DNA of 64,000 nucleotides from Chthonomonadales bacterium (lineage in GTDB: Bacteria > Armatimonadota > Chthonomonadetes > Chthonomonadales > CAJBBX01). The DNA lies in the NCBI GenBank assembly GCA_049967475.1, contig JBMFSQ010000003.1, positions 96,001 to 160,000 of the forward strand. The letters run 5' to 3'. Below the pieces are notes generated by a model. The model worked only from the letters and a program-made list of their open reading frames with translations, was not told where the DNA came from and made no database searches. The translations under genes and the position numbers were made by a program. Positions 1 through 9,589 of the stretch are shown here, piece by piece; the first letter of the stretch is position 1, and each line of letters opens with the position of its first letter.

Positions 1-903
1 CGTGCAGAAAGTCTCGGCAGCGGCTTGACGGTTCCCATTGCGCATCCATCCGGCGACGGCGCTACGGTAATGTTCCGCACACTGCTCCCGGTCCCCAGCC
101 ACTGCCCAGAGGAGGGCAATCTGCGCGTGCGCCTGGACGTCGGAAGGGCGCTTGGCAAGGACTTCCTCCCAGCGGCGCAGGGCCGACATAGGCGTTCCGT
201 CGGAGGCAATCTTTGCAGCGTCGGCGCGGAGGTATGCGGTTTGGCCGTGTGATGGCATTCCAGTCGCGCGCGCCCAGAGGATGCCGAGAATGAAGCCCGC
301 GACATGCCCGGAATGTGCCGCCCAACTCCCGGCAGCCGCCGACGCCGGACGGACCATCTGCAGCCCTGCAGCTACGACTTCTGCTGCGACGGCGCCGGCC
401 AAAAGTGCAGCGGCAGGTATCCGCACAGGAAGGCCGATGAAGCGAATGGAAGCTCGGTAGTATCGAACTGCGAACGCACCAACCAGGGCCGCTGCCGCTC
501 CTGAAGCGCCGATGATGGGCATCTCGGCTGCTGCAGTTCCGGCGATCCTGGCTGCTGCCGCTTGAGCAAGGCCGGAGCCGACGGCCGCTAATCCATAAAG
601 CAAGAGAAAGCGCTGCCAGCCCACGTCCTCCTCCACGGGCCCGCCGAATACCCAAACGAACAGCATGTTCGCCGAAAGGTGGAACACATCTTCGTGCAGG
701 AGGCAGTAGGTGAGAACGGTTTGGATGCGGGGCGATGCAGGTACAAGGCTCAACGCAGCAAACCACTGTGTAGGGAGCTCCGGACCTCGCGTCAGGGTAA
801 CGGCGGCGATGATGCCGAATACGGTAAAGTTCGCAAGAATAAGCGCCACGGTCGCCAGCGGCGGCTGTGTGGAGCGAGCATCCGTTGCGTAGGGAAGCAG
901 CAT
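1..903 (-). CDS. Rhomboid family intramembrane serine protease with C-terminal helical/TPR-like region (3' end runs off the window)
   Basis: Translated by hand, absent from the ORF track because it has no stop in the window. ATG at 903: MLLPYATD...LLHEDVFHLSANMLFVWVFGGPVEE...IIGASGAAAALVG...AHSGHVAGFILG; HxxxN, GASG (catalytic Ser) and HxxGxxxG (catalytic His) motifs present. Confidence 0.9.
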   Translation of the reverse strand, partial: MLLPYATDARSTQPPLATVALILANFTVFGIIAAVTLTRGPELPTQWFAALSLVPASPRIQTVLTYCLLHEDVFHLSANMLFVWVFGGPVEEDVGWQRFLLLYGLAAVGSGLAQAAAARIAGTAAAEMPIIGASGAAAALVGAFAVRYYRASIRFIGLPVRIPAAALLAGAVAAEVVAAGLQMVRPASAAAGSWAAHSGHVAGFILGILWARATGMPSHGQTAYLRADAAKIASDGTPMSALRRWEEVLAKRPSDVQAHAQIALLWAVAGDREQCAEHYRSAVAGWMRNGNRQAAAETFCT

Positions 904-929
904 CGCCAAAAGAGAAAGGCGTTCGAGTG

Positions 930-1952
930 CTAAAGGGAAGCCATGCCCTGGTACGCTGCCACAAGGCGATCCACCAGCCCTTTGATCAGCTCATCCGCAG
1001 AGACGCCCTCGGCCTCGCCCTCGAAGTTCAGGATGATGCGGTGCCTCAACGCGGGCTGGGCTGCTTCGGTAACGTCTTCCACGGCGGCATTGAACCGTCC
1101 GGCGATCAGGCTGCGCATCTTGGCGGCGAGCACGAGGGCTTGGGCACCCCTTGGGCTCGATCCGTAACGTACGTATCGTTTTACCGCTTCGGGAGCGATT
1201 TCCGCATCCGGGTGGGTCCCGCGCACCAAACTGAGAGCGTATTCCATCACGTGGGATGCCACCGGAACGCGCCGTGCGAGTTGCCTCATCCGCAAGATAG
1301 CGGCACCATCTGCCACGGGGTGCGCGTGTTGCTCTTGGGTACCCGTCGTACGTTCAACGATCGCCCTCAGCTCTTCTATGCCTGGCGAACGGACAATCAG
1401 CTTGAAGAAGAAGCGGTCCAGCTGGGCTTCCGGGAGGGGATAAGTGCCTTCCATCTCGATGGGGTTCTGCGTCGCCATCACGAAGAAGGGTTCTTGCAGG
1501 GGGCGGCGCACCCCGGCAGCAGTGACGGCGTGCTCTTGCATCGCCTCGAGCATCGCGGACTGGGTTTTGGGGGTTGCCCGGTTGATCTCGTCCGCCAGAA
1601 TAATCTGCGCAAATACCGGACCCGGCTGGAAGCGGAATTCCTTTCCGCCCCCGGGCACCTCCACTAAGATGTTGGTTCCGCAAATGTCCGCAGGCATAAG
1701 GTCCGGAGTAAATTGGATGCGCGAGAAGGTAAGGTTCACGGCCTCTGCCAGCGTGCGCACCAGGAGCGTTTTGCCCAATCCCGGCACGCCTTCCAGCAAT
1801 GCGTGGCCGCCGGCAACCAGGCACGTGAGGACACCCTCGATCACGTCCTCATGCCCCACGATCACCTTCCGGATCTGCTCGCGTATCGCGTGGTAGCTCC
1901 GGCGGAACTCCTCGACCTCGTTTTCGATCTCCTGCAGGTCCTGGTCAGTCAA
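930..1952 (-). CDS. moxR: MoxR-family AAA+ ATPase
   Basis: GHALLEGVPGLGKT Walker A, RIQFTPDLMPAD, LADEINRATPKTQSAMLEAMQE, ATQNPIEMEGTYPLPEAQLDRF; probable TTG start at 1952 after GGAGG. Confidence 0.95.
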   Translation of the reverse strand: MTDQDLQEIENEVEEFRRSYHAIREQIRKVIVGHEDVIEGVLTCLVAGGHALLEGVPGLGKTLLVRTLAEAVNLTFSRIQFTPDLMPADICGTNILVEVPGGGKEFRFQPGPVFAQIILADEINRATPKTQSAMLEAMQEHAVTAAGVRRPLQEPFFVMATQNPIEMEGTYPLPEAQLDRFFFKLIVRSPGIEELRAIVERTTGTQEQHAHPVADGAAILRMRQLARRVPVASHVMEYALSLVRGTHPDAEIAPEAVKRYVRYGSSPRGAQALVLAAKMRSLIAGRFNAAVEDVTEAAQPALRHRIILNFEGEAEGVSADELIKGLVDRLVAAYQGMASL

Positions 1953-1995
1953 AGGCTGTGTCCTCCATGGATTGGGGCTTTCCGGTGACGGTGCG

Positions 1996-3660
1996 TCATG
2001 GCCGGATGCGCTCGAAGTAATCGCGAACGATGTGCTGCATTTCGGGTGGAATGTTCTCCCGTGACACCGCCCGTTCGGCAGCACGCTTCTGCTCCTGATA
2101 AACCTGGTAGTAGGGCGTCCCTGCGCGGACGCCCGCATTGGGATCGCCTGTTATCTGTTGTACGAGTTCCGTGTCGTTGGCGTTGAGCTGTCCTTTTACG
2201 AGTGCGTTAGGCAGGTGCTTCGGCGGAGGCGCCCATTGAGCGGCATATCGAGCGAACGTCTTTGCCGCCTGTGTCCGCGTGCTTGCCCGCCCGCCTTTGC
2301 CCATGAGCGTAAGGCGCGGTCGGGCGCGGGGGGTGGCAGCCATGGGATTGGTCTTGACGCCGTGTCCTCCCCAAAGCATACCGGCCCCACCGCCGCCGGC
2401 TACGAGGCGCATACGGCCGGATTTGAGCGCTTCGATGAGCGCGGCAAGCGCCTCCGCATCCAGCGAAGGCCTTCCACAGCTCAGTCAAGTGCCTCCAGCT
2501 TGGCGCATCATCTCGGCCAAACGTTGAAGGGTGCGGGGATCCAGCTTCATGCGTTCCATGAGTTTGGCAATCTCAGCGAGCTGCCCGGCAAGTTGCCGAA
2601 GCTGCGTGTCGCTGAGGGCTTGGCTGATTTGTTGAAGTTGGCGCTGAAGGCGTGCGATGGACGCAGCCGAGAGTTGACCGCTCTGTGTCAGATCCGCCAA
2701 GCGCTGCAGAGCTTCGTTTTGGGCCCGGGCGTCGCCGCTTCTGAGAGCTTGAAAGAAGCTCTGCATCAGCCTCTCGGCAGAGGCATCGGCTGGATTGGTT
2801 CTGCCGGAACGCGCAGCCGCCTGTTCCATCTGCCTGCGGGCGAAGGTGCGTGCGAGGTCATCCATCCGTTTCCGCACCGCGGGTGAAGCGGAACCGGCGG
2901 CCCGGGCCAACATATCCTGACGCCTGCTGAGGCGATCCGTGAGCTTCTGAAGGGAGATGAGAGATTGCTTCTTGTCCAGGCTTCCGCGCTTCATCGCTTC
3001 GGCAAGCCTCCGCGCTTCAAGGGCGGCTGTGCGCGTTTCTGCCAATCGGTTACGCGCGGCAGACTGCTCGGCCTGGCGCGCGAGGCGTTCAATGCGCCTC
3101 CCTTCGTTGCGCACCTCGGCTGCTTCCTTCTTCTGCTGGGCGGACCAGAAGACGGGCAGGCTCGGCAGAAACATTGCCGCAACAGCGATGATTGCAAGCA
3201 CGAGGGCTGCGATGCCTTCCTTCGGAACCACAATGGGATAGAGAGTTTTGAGATCGAGTGCGGCTGCTGAAGCTGCGGCGTCGGCTACTTGGCGCAAGAC
3301 CAGGGGGTCCTGCTGCTCCCGGCTCCCGAACTCAACAGCCGAGGCGAGCCGGTCTCCGGTTCGGCCGCGCACGTCCAAGAGCCAGGCTACGCGGAAGCTG
3401 GTCAGGGGCGTTGCGAAAGCGAAGGCCAGTCCGGCTGCCATTGCCGACGCAGCGAGGAGCGTCAGAGGCGTTACCGCCGGTTCATGGACGAGGCGCAAAT
3501 GCGCCGCAATAATCCAAACCAGGCTCACGCATGCGGTCCATACTAGGAAGCGGCTTACCCAGCGCAGGCTCATCAAGACGCGGAGGCGGCGCCTGGCCGC
3601 CCGGATGGTTGCGCTCAGTTCGGGATGAACCCTCATGGTTTGTTGCTCCCTGGACGACAT
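1996..3660 (-). CDS. Membrane-anchored coiled-coil protein with in-frame TGA at 2487-2485 (candidate selenoprotein, UxxC)
   Basis: ORFs 2485..3672 and 1996..2412 are in the same frame with only one TGA between them. N-terminal TM segments, long coiled coil, Gly-rich linker, C-terminal ENIPPEMQHIVRDYF; start ATG 3660 (GAGGT SD) or 3636. Confidence 0.75.
2443..2475 (-). promoter_or_regulatory. Putative bacterial SECIS hairpin
   Basis: 3' of the TGA: GCCTTCGC-TGGAT-GCGGAGGC (8-bp stem, 5-nt loop with G at position 2, loop preceded by 22 nt after the UGA), extendable with GGAAG/CTTGCC. Confidence 0.6.
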
Positions 3661-3668
3661 GCGGCACC

Positions 3669-5372
3669 TCACGCAGGCTCAGGCGGCTTGCCTCCCCTCC
3701 GAAGGGTGGCCACTCCGGCTCGTTCAATAACCAGCGGCAGGAAGCCCAAGGCAAAAATCGAGATCACCGTCCAGCCGAGTACGCAGCAAATCCAAGACGG
3801 CGGATTGCCGGGAATGAGGTTCAATTGTTGCAGGAGGCGTCCCTTGGTTTGCGCATCCAGCAATACGACCAACGGGTTGAGATAATAGAGAACGGCTGCC
3901 GGCGAACTTGACGGCGTGCTGGACGTGTACATCGCCTTCACTTGCCATGCAAACGGCAAAGCAGCCATCAGCCCGGTAACGCCGTACAGAAGAAGCATCG
4001 AGGTCCATCGGTTTTTCACGAGAGCCGACAGAAGTATCCCTATACACCAGATGCCGAAAATCGCAGCAGCGCACGCGGCGGTTGTTTGCAGACCCACCGA
4101 CGCCGCCCCATACAGAGATCGTGAGGCCGTTGCGCCGCTCGCCATGAACGCCCCGCTGACCACAAACAGCAGCAGTTCCCCTGCCAGCAACAGAAGGAGA
4201 TACGGAAGCGCGGATGAGACGTTCCCCGCCTTGAGGCCGGCCCATCGCCACCCCTCTGAGAAGTACCGCTTCAGATTGCGGGAACGAACCAGTGGGATTT
4301 CTCCTGTGGCAAACATCGGCGCGAAGAAGAGCAGCGCTCCAAGGGGAAAGAAGAACATAAGGGGCAATGCTCGCAGGCCGGGTGCGAGCGTGCCTGCAAC
4401 CGTGCCGCCTGTGCCTCCAAGCCCAAAGAAGAGTGCGGACACGTACCACAAGAGGGCGGATACGAGGCTCCTCAACAGACAAGCCTTTCGTTCCGGATAA
4501 AGCTCTAGGCGTGCCGCGGCGACAGCAGCCAGAGTGGCCACGACGAGGCCGTGCATGGCGATCGCCAAAACCCACCAGGGCACTGCCATGCCATAGAAGG
4601 TGAGGGACTGGCCGATCGGAAGGGCGCCCGGCGGCCCGAATGTCCCGGCTAGTCCGGAAAGATACCCGAGCAGTGTAGGGAGCGCAGTTGATAGAGGGAC
4701 GAAGACGCTGGTGTAAACAACCGTCGAGCCGCCGCTCGGCCCACTCATGGCGGTGCTTGCCAGCCACAGAATCAATCCCAGAACGAGCAAGGGCGCCAAG
4801 AGGGTTGCATAGGTATAAACGATCGCTGCTGAGGTATTTCTTGCAACGGAGGACCAAGCCAGAGCAAGCGCTGCCAGATCCAGCCCATACAGGAGCAGGT
4901 TCAGATAATCGCGAGCCACCATCCCGGCATCCACACCGCCCAAAAGGAAGCACAAGGACACCAGGGGCAGGGACGCCGACAAAAGCAGCATGAGGAAGCC
5001 CGCGGCCGAAAGCAGCTTTCCCATCACGATATGAACCCGAGGAATGGGCGTTACGGCAAGCAGATCCATCGTGCGCTGCTCTCGTTCCACAGTAAGAGAG
5101 GCTGCTGTAACGGCGGGAGCGATGAATACGACGAGGAACGCCTGAACCCCGATAAGCATCTGATAGAACCAAACGCCTAACGATCCGACCTCGGAGAAGC
5201 CCCCACTCACGCGGGCAGAAGTCCACCAACCCAAGTATGAAAGAAACAGGACACTGGAAAGCACTACCAGATAACCCGCCAGCGCCCAATAGGCTCTGGA
5301 GCCGCGCATCCGCGTGCGCAGCTCCCGTATGAGCACCGGGTTGTCAGCCCAAACGCGCGCTACGCCGTTCAT
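3669..5372 (-). CDS. ABC-2 type transporter permease (long, many TM segments)
   Basis: NPVLIRELRTRMR N-terminus, LTVEREQRTMDLL motif, many hydrophobic segments; abuts the ABC ATPase. Confidence 0.85.
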   Translation of the reverse strand: MNGVARVWADNPVLIRELRTRMRGSRAYWALAGYLVVLSSVLFLSYLGWWTSARVSGGFSEVGSLGVWFYQMLIGVQAFLVVFIAPAVTAASLTVEREQRTMDLLAVTPIPRVHIVMGKLLSAAGFLMLLLSASLPLVSLCFLLGGVDAGMVARDYLNLLLYGLDLAALALAWSSVARNTSAAIVYTYATLLAPLLVLGLILWLASTAMSGPSGGSTVVYTSVFVPLSTALPTLLGYLSGLAGTFGPPGALPIGQSLTFYGMAVPWWVLAIAMHGLVVATLAAVAAARLELYPERKACLLRSLVSALLWYVSALFFGLGGTGGTVAGTLAPGLRALPLMFFFPLGALLFFAPMFATGEIPLVRSRNLKRYFSEGWRWAGLKAGNVSSALPYLLLLLAGELLLFVVSGAFMASGATASRSLYGAASVGLQTTAACAAAIFGIWCIGILLSALVKNRWTSMLLLYGVTGLMAALPFAWQVKAMYTSSTPSSSPAAVLYYLNPLVVLLDAQTKGRLLQQLNLIPGNPPSWICCVLGWTVISIFALGFLPLVIERAGVATLRRGGKPPEPA

Positions 5373-6344
5373 TCAGGACACCACTCCCTTGGTGACACGC
5401 ATAAACACGTCCTCCAGATCGGCGCTCCGTGCCGCGAAGGACAGCACCTTGATCTCGTTCATCACCAGCGCCTGAAGCACGGCCCACTCGCCATTCGGCG
5501 GACCTGCGTAATTGAGGGTGATGACGCCGTCGCCTTCATGGTGGGCTTCGCCGACGTCGGGCAGGGCCGTGAGGATTTCCATCGCCCGGTCCACGCGGCT
5601 GTGGCCGTCGGCTTGGGAGTTCGCCGCCTCATCGAGAATGCGCAAATCCAGCGTCTGGTGCCCGGCGAGACGCCGCATGATCTCGTCTACGGCTCCGAAG
5701 AGAAGCAGCTCCCCTCTTTCGATTATGCCGATCTTGTTGCAGAAGTCTGCAAGTTCCGGGAGAATGTGGGAAGACACGAGGATCGTCTTGCCCATGTTCC
5801 GCAATTCCTTAAGAAGTTCCTTGATCTCGATGCGGGCCCGCGGGTCCAGCCCCGATGCCGGCTCGTCCAGCAGGAGCACGGCCGGGTCGTGAATGAGTGT
5901 CTTGGCAAGGCACAGCCGCTGCTTCATCCCTCGGGAAAGCGCTTCTACGTACGCCTCCCTCTTGTTTTGGAGGTCCGTGAGGGCAAGGACGTCGTCTATG
6001 GCGCGCGGCCGCTTCTCTTTGGGGATGCGGTAAGCAGCAGCAAAGAAGTCGAGGTATTCCCACACTTTGATGTCGTCATATACTCCGAAGAAGTCGGGCA
6101 TGTATCCGATCACGGTGCGGACGGCTTCCGGGTCACCGACGATATCGTGGCCGAGAATGCGCGCCGTGCCCGACGAAGGTACGAGCAGGGTAGCCAGCAT
6201 CCGGATGGTAGTGGTCTTTCCTGCTCCATTGGGCCCGATGAACCCGCAGATGTCGCCAGGCTCCAGAGTGAACGTAAGGTCGCGCACGGCCACAAGGTCC
6301 TTATAGCGCTTTGTAAGATGAACAATTTCTAGTGCCGGAGGCAT
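5373..6344 (-). CDS. ABC transporter ATP-binding protein
   Basis: GPNGAGKTT, LSRGMKQR signature, LLLDEPASGLDP, SSH switch; GGAGG-like SD. Confidence 0.95.
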   Translation of the reverse strand: MPPALEIVHLTKRYKDLVAVRDLTFTLEPGDICGFIGPNGAGKTTTIRMLATLLVPSSGTARILGHDIVGDPEAVRTVIGYMPDFFGVYDDIKVWEYLDFFAAAYRIPKEKRPRAIDDVLALTDLQNKREAYVEALSRGMKQRLCLAKTLIHDPAVLLLDEPASGLDPRARIEIKELLKELRNMGKTILVSSHILPELADFCNKIGIIERGELLLFGAVDEIMRRLAGHQTLDLRILDEAANSQADGHSRVDRAMEILTALPDVGEAHHEGDGVITLNYAGPPNGEWAVLQALVMNEIKVLSFAARSADLEDVFMRVTKGVVS

Positions 6345-6454
6345 GGAACCCTCCTTTGGTGCTGGGTGTCGCTCATTCTATTCCGATTGCGGCGGGCGCA
6401 ACCCTCCGGCCGGGAACGGTTCACAGCAGCCCCGGTTCACGCCCCACAGTGAGT

Positions 6455-7243
6455 TCATTGCCCCAGATTGGACTGGCGGCGGAAGCCCAGGATCATCCTG
6501 GCTACGCATGCGGCCCCTACGCCTCCGTAAGCGGCAAGATGAAACAGCAATACGGTTTCGGCAGTCCCCAAATGCGACGGAAGTTGGTAAAGAGCTTCCC
6601 CGGCCCGAAACGGGCTCAGCCACCATATGGGCGTGTCCTGCCAGGCCGCGCCGGATATGGATAGGACGGAGTTGACGGCCGCCACACCGATGATCGGGAG
6701 GAAGGTAATCAGGTACGCCACCGCCGTAGCCACGCGGGAATGGCGGCTGGACCATGAGGCGTACAGACTGGTGGAGATCAAGAAGAAGGCCCAGCACACA
6801 AGAAGTGCCAGCCCGACGATCATCTGGGTCGCCTGAATGTCCGACACCAGCGACGAATAAACGAGGAACGGCAAAAACGCTCCGAAGATCGCGAGCAGAG
6901 GTAGGCTGCGAGCGGCGAGCTTGCCCAGTACGATCTCGTGCGGCGTAAGGGGCGAGCACAGCAGCATATCCCAGGTCTGCTGTTCCCGTTCTTGCGAGAT
7001 GGCGTTGGCTGCCAGTCCTGGTGCAATCGTCCAAATGATCACCGCCTGCAGGACGAACGCCATCCACCAGAAGTCCGTCGCGCCCTTGGGCGCAGAGAAA
7101 GACACGATGTAGGAGATCGCCTCCCAATAGAGCCACGCGATCACTCCGAGGGCCACAAAGCCCATTGCGGCGAGCGTCCTCGGGTGCTGGCGCCCACGGA
7201 ATTTGGATCGGAGCTCCTTAACGAAGACGGGGTTTTCCCACAT
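6455..7243 (-). CDS. ABC-2 type transporter permease
   Basis: NPVFVKELRSKFR, ISQEREQQTWDMLL, about 6 TM segments; paralog of the N-half of 3669..5372. Confidence 0.85.
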   Translation of the reverse strand: MWENPVFVKELRSKFRGRQHPRTLAAMGFVALGVIAWLYWEAISYIVSFSAPKGATDFWWMAFVLQAVIIWTIAPGLAANAISQEREQQTWDMLLCSPLTPHEIVLGKLAARSLPLLAIFGAFLPFLVYSSLVSDIQATQMIVGLALLVCWAFFLISTSLYASWSSRHSRVATAVAYLITFLPIIGVAAVNSVLSISGAAWQDTPIWWLSPFRAGEALYQLPSHLGTAETVLLFHLAAYGGVGAACVARMILGFRRQSNLGQ

Positions 7244-7245
7244 GG

Positions 7246-9486
7246 TTACCGCGATCCTCCTGGCCGTGGGCGTCCGCTCGAGTTGCGAAGGGGTTTCTTG
7301 ATGCGGCGCAAGGGAGCAGGGGCAAAGGGATCCCTGCGGCTGTGCGGCGGCAGGCCGATCTGCGGATCCGCACCTGACCTCAATGTGGGAAGGGGCACGT
7401 GTATGGCAACGAGCGTTGTGCCGTGCTGGATGCCGGGTCCCGGCTTTATGGTGAGGCCGATAACCGGCTCGTCGAGCCAGCCCGTAAAAAGGAGTGGATC
7501 GGATCCCTCCAATTGCGCGGGATTACTGGAGATGGCGACTGCCAGCGCCTGCCGGATGCGGTCTTCTTGAAGGCTTGAGGTGCCGCGGGGATAGCTGCCG
7601 GAATATTGCGGGGAGGCACCCATGACGGATGGCGCAGCGATGGCGATACGGCCCCATGGTTCTGCGGGGGCAACCCGCAGGGAAGCCAGCTTTGTGGAAT
7701 AGGGTTCCATGGTCCCCAGAAACACAGCCGACGCGCGGTACGTGACGGCGCAATCCACCAGGCGGTGGGCGGTATTGTTGGTGACGCGAACGGTCCCTGC
7801 CCGAATGCCCGGAATGAAAGCGGCATCAATCTCACCCCCAAGGTCTGCGTGGCCCACGAGTTCGAAGCTCCGGACGGACCACATTCGGACGCGGACATCA
7901 CGGACGCCGTGCCCCGGCCCCTCATCCACGGCGACATCCTGCGCTTGAATTCCAAATCCGAAGGGCGCGAAGGAGGCGCCTCGAGCGACTGCTTGTGTGT
8001 CCGCCGTGGCTAGATCGTACTTTGTTGAGGCCGGGGAGAAGATGGTGGCGAGGGTGAGAGCGCGAAGAGACCGCTGGCCTGCCGCGCCCTCCAGGATCGT
8101 AGCGTAGCTGAGGCGCAAGCTGGACCCGCGAAGCGCATAACCCACTCCGTAGGCCCCTACAGAAAAGGCCACGACCACGAGCGGCGCCGTGACCCATGCC
8201 CATTCGCGCCGATCCTTCCTGCGCAAAATCATGTAATTGAGAGGCACGAGGCAAAGGATGTACGCCGCGAGATAGAGCCCAACAAATCCCACCCCAGGTG
8301 CGCTCGCAGCCTGATCGCCCGCTAAGGCATCCCCCAGCATGCGCAAGGCACCTTGGGGCTCGAAGGATCCCATTGCAAAGGAATTGAGCCCTCGATGCAG
8401 TTGCGCTTCCACGATCGCAGAGGCTGAAAGCTCGGCTTGGCGGAGGCGCAGAAGTTCACGCCAGAGCGCTGGTGCGCCCGGCCATGCGCTGATCTGGCGG
8501 GAGGCGAGATCGAAGGTCGTGAAGATGACGGTGCCCCGTCCCTCCCGCCGAGCCACGACGAGGGGCACGGCCCCCTGGGTACACACGACCACTGCGTCTG
8601 GCCCTAGCGTGCCCGTGACCACCGCTACCGGGCTGGAGAGAGAAGGTGCTCGGTATCGGGCTGCGAGTGCGGCAAGGCTGGGGAGTTGGCGCGTTCCTTG
8701 CGGCATCATGGGTAACAGGCCGGCGATCTTGGGATCGCGAAGGCGGCTGATGTCGGGTACTCCCGATATAACGATGGCTCCTCCGTCGCGCACCCACTGG
8801 ATCAGGGCACTCCACTGAGCGTCTGAGAGGGCATCCAACGGGATATCGCCCAAAAACACGCAATCGGCTGCACTGTAGGCTTCAGGGCAAGTCGGGAGGG
8901 TGAAGGGCTCCGGGTACGCCACGGCGCACGGGTATTGCTGCCGGCTGCCGGTTCCTCTCGTGGTGAACTGCACGGAAAGAAGCGCTGTGGATGGCTGGTG
9001 CGGCAACCCCAGATCCGCTCGATGGAGGTAGCCGAGGCCGCTGCGATCCCGGGTGAGCGCTACGATCAACGGCTGGAAGGGGCTCAGGGTCTGCACCGCA
9101 GGAAGTTTCTGATCTGCCAGAACATGCCCTTGCGCCACGAGGCGAACCCGCGCTTCGTCCAGACGTGCATCTTCGTCGGCGAAGTAGGCCAACGGGACGC
9201 GCTCGTTGAGAACACCGGCGTGTAAATCCACGGACCGCATGAACGTAGTGGTGCCCGAATTGGGCTCGGATGCGGGGAAAAGCAACTGGCACTGTGCCTG
9301 TGTGGTGACACCCGTGCCTTTAACGGTAATGAGTGCGGGCGACCAGGAACCGGCCCTCACGAAGCGGTCGAAGCCGATGAATGCATCCACGGTTAGATCG
9401 GCCCGGCAGGGGAGCGCAGTCAGGATCAGGCCTGCCAAAAGACGCGCTGCAATGAAGACGGCCTTTTGCCCCGTGTAACGGTGCAT
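7246..9486 (-). CDS. Large exported membrane protein with GATase-like (flavodoxin-like) middle domain and a central TM pair
   Basis: Signal peptide (..LTALPCRA), ADCVFLGDIPLDALSDAQWSALIQWVRDGGAIVISG segment, TM pair YILCLVPLNY..RREWAWVTAPLVVVAFS; start uncertain (9486 or 9537). Confidence 0.7.
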   Translation of the reverse strand: MHRYTGQKAVFIAARLLAGLILTALPCRADLTVDAFIGFDRFVRAGSWSPALITVKGTGVTTQAQCQLLFPASEPNSGTTTFMRSVDLHAGVLNERVPLAYFADEDARLDEARVRLVAQGHVLADQKLPAVQTLSPFQPLIVALTRDRSGLGYLHRADLGLPHQPSTALLSVQFTTRGTGSRQQYPCAVAYPEPFTLPTCPEAYSAADCVFLGDIPLDALSDAQWSALIQWVRDGGAIVISGVPDISRLRDPKIAGLLPMMPQGTRQLPSLAALAARYRAPSLSSPVAVVTGTLGPDAVVVCTQGAVPLVVARREGRGTVIFTTFDLASRQISAWPGAPALWRELLRLRQAELSASAIVEAQLHRGLNSFAMGSFEPQGALRMLGDALAGDQAASAPGVGFVGLYLAAYILCLVPLNYMILRRKDRREWAWVTAPLVVVAFSVGAYGVGYALRGSSLRLSYATILEGAAGQRSLRALTLATIFSPASTKYDLATADTQAVARGASFAPFGFGIQAQDVAVDEGPGHGVRDVRVRMWSVRSFELVGHADLGGEIDAAFIPGIRAGTVRVTNNTAHRLVDCAVTYRASAVFLGTMEPYSTKLASLRVAPAEPWGRIAIAAPSVMGASPQYSGSYPRGTSSLQEDRIRQALAVAISSNPAQLEGSDPLLFTGWLDEPVIGLTIKPGPGIQHGTTLVAIHVPLPTLRSGADPQIGLPPHSRRDPFAPAPLRRIKKPLRNSSGRPRPGGSR

Positions 9487-9589
9487 GGTCTTGTATGCCC
9501 TACAGGAGGCCGGATGCGCATTATCGGCACATCCCACCCATTGCCCCGGTCCCGCGGTGTTCGCCGACCGCCGGAATGACTGCGGCCCG

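Noticed and set aside
62..964. 300-aa ORF in the track
   Set aside because: Arg/Ser/Cys-rich shadow frame; the rhomboid frame starting at 903 carries the real motifs
2207..2488. TTG-started 93-aa ORF at the TGA junction
   Set aside because: Low-complexity Arg-rich translation; the in-frame continuation is more protein-like and runs on to the stop just upstream of moxR
6437..6457. Permease stop also reads TGA-T-H-C (UxxC-like)
   Set aside because: Another TGA follows five codons later and the protein is already complete. It shows that TGA-x-x-C can arise by chance, so the motif alone is not proof for the other two cases
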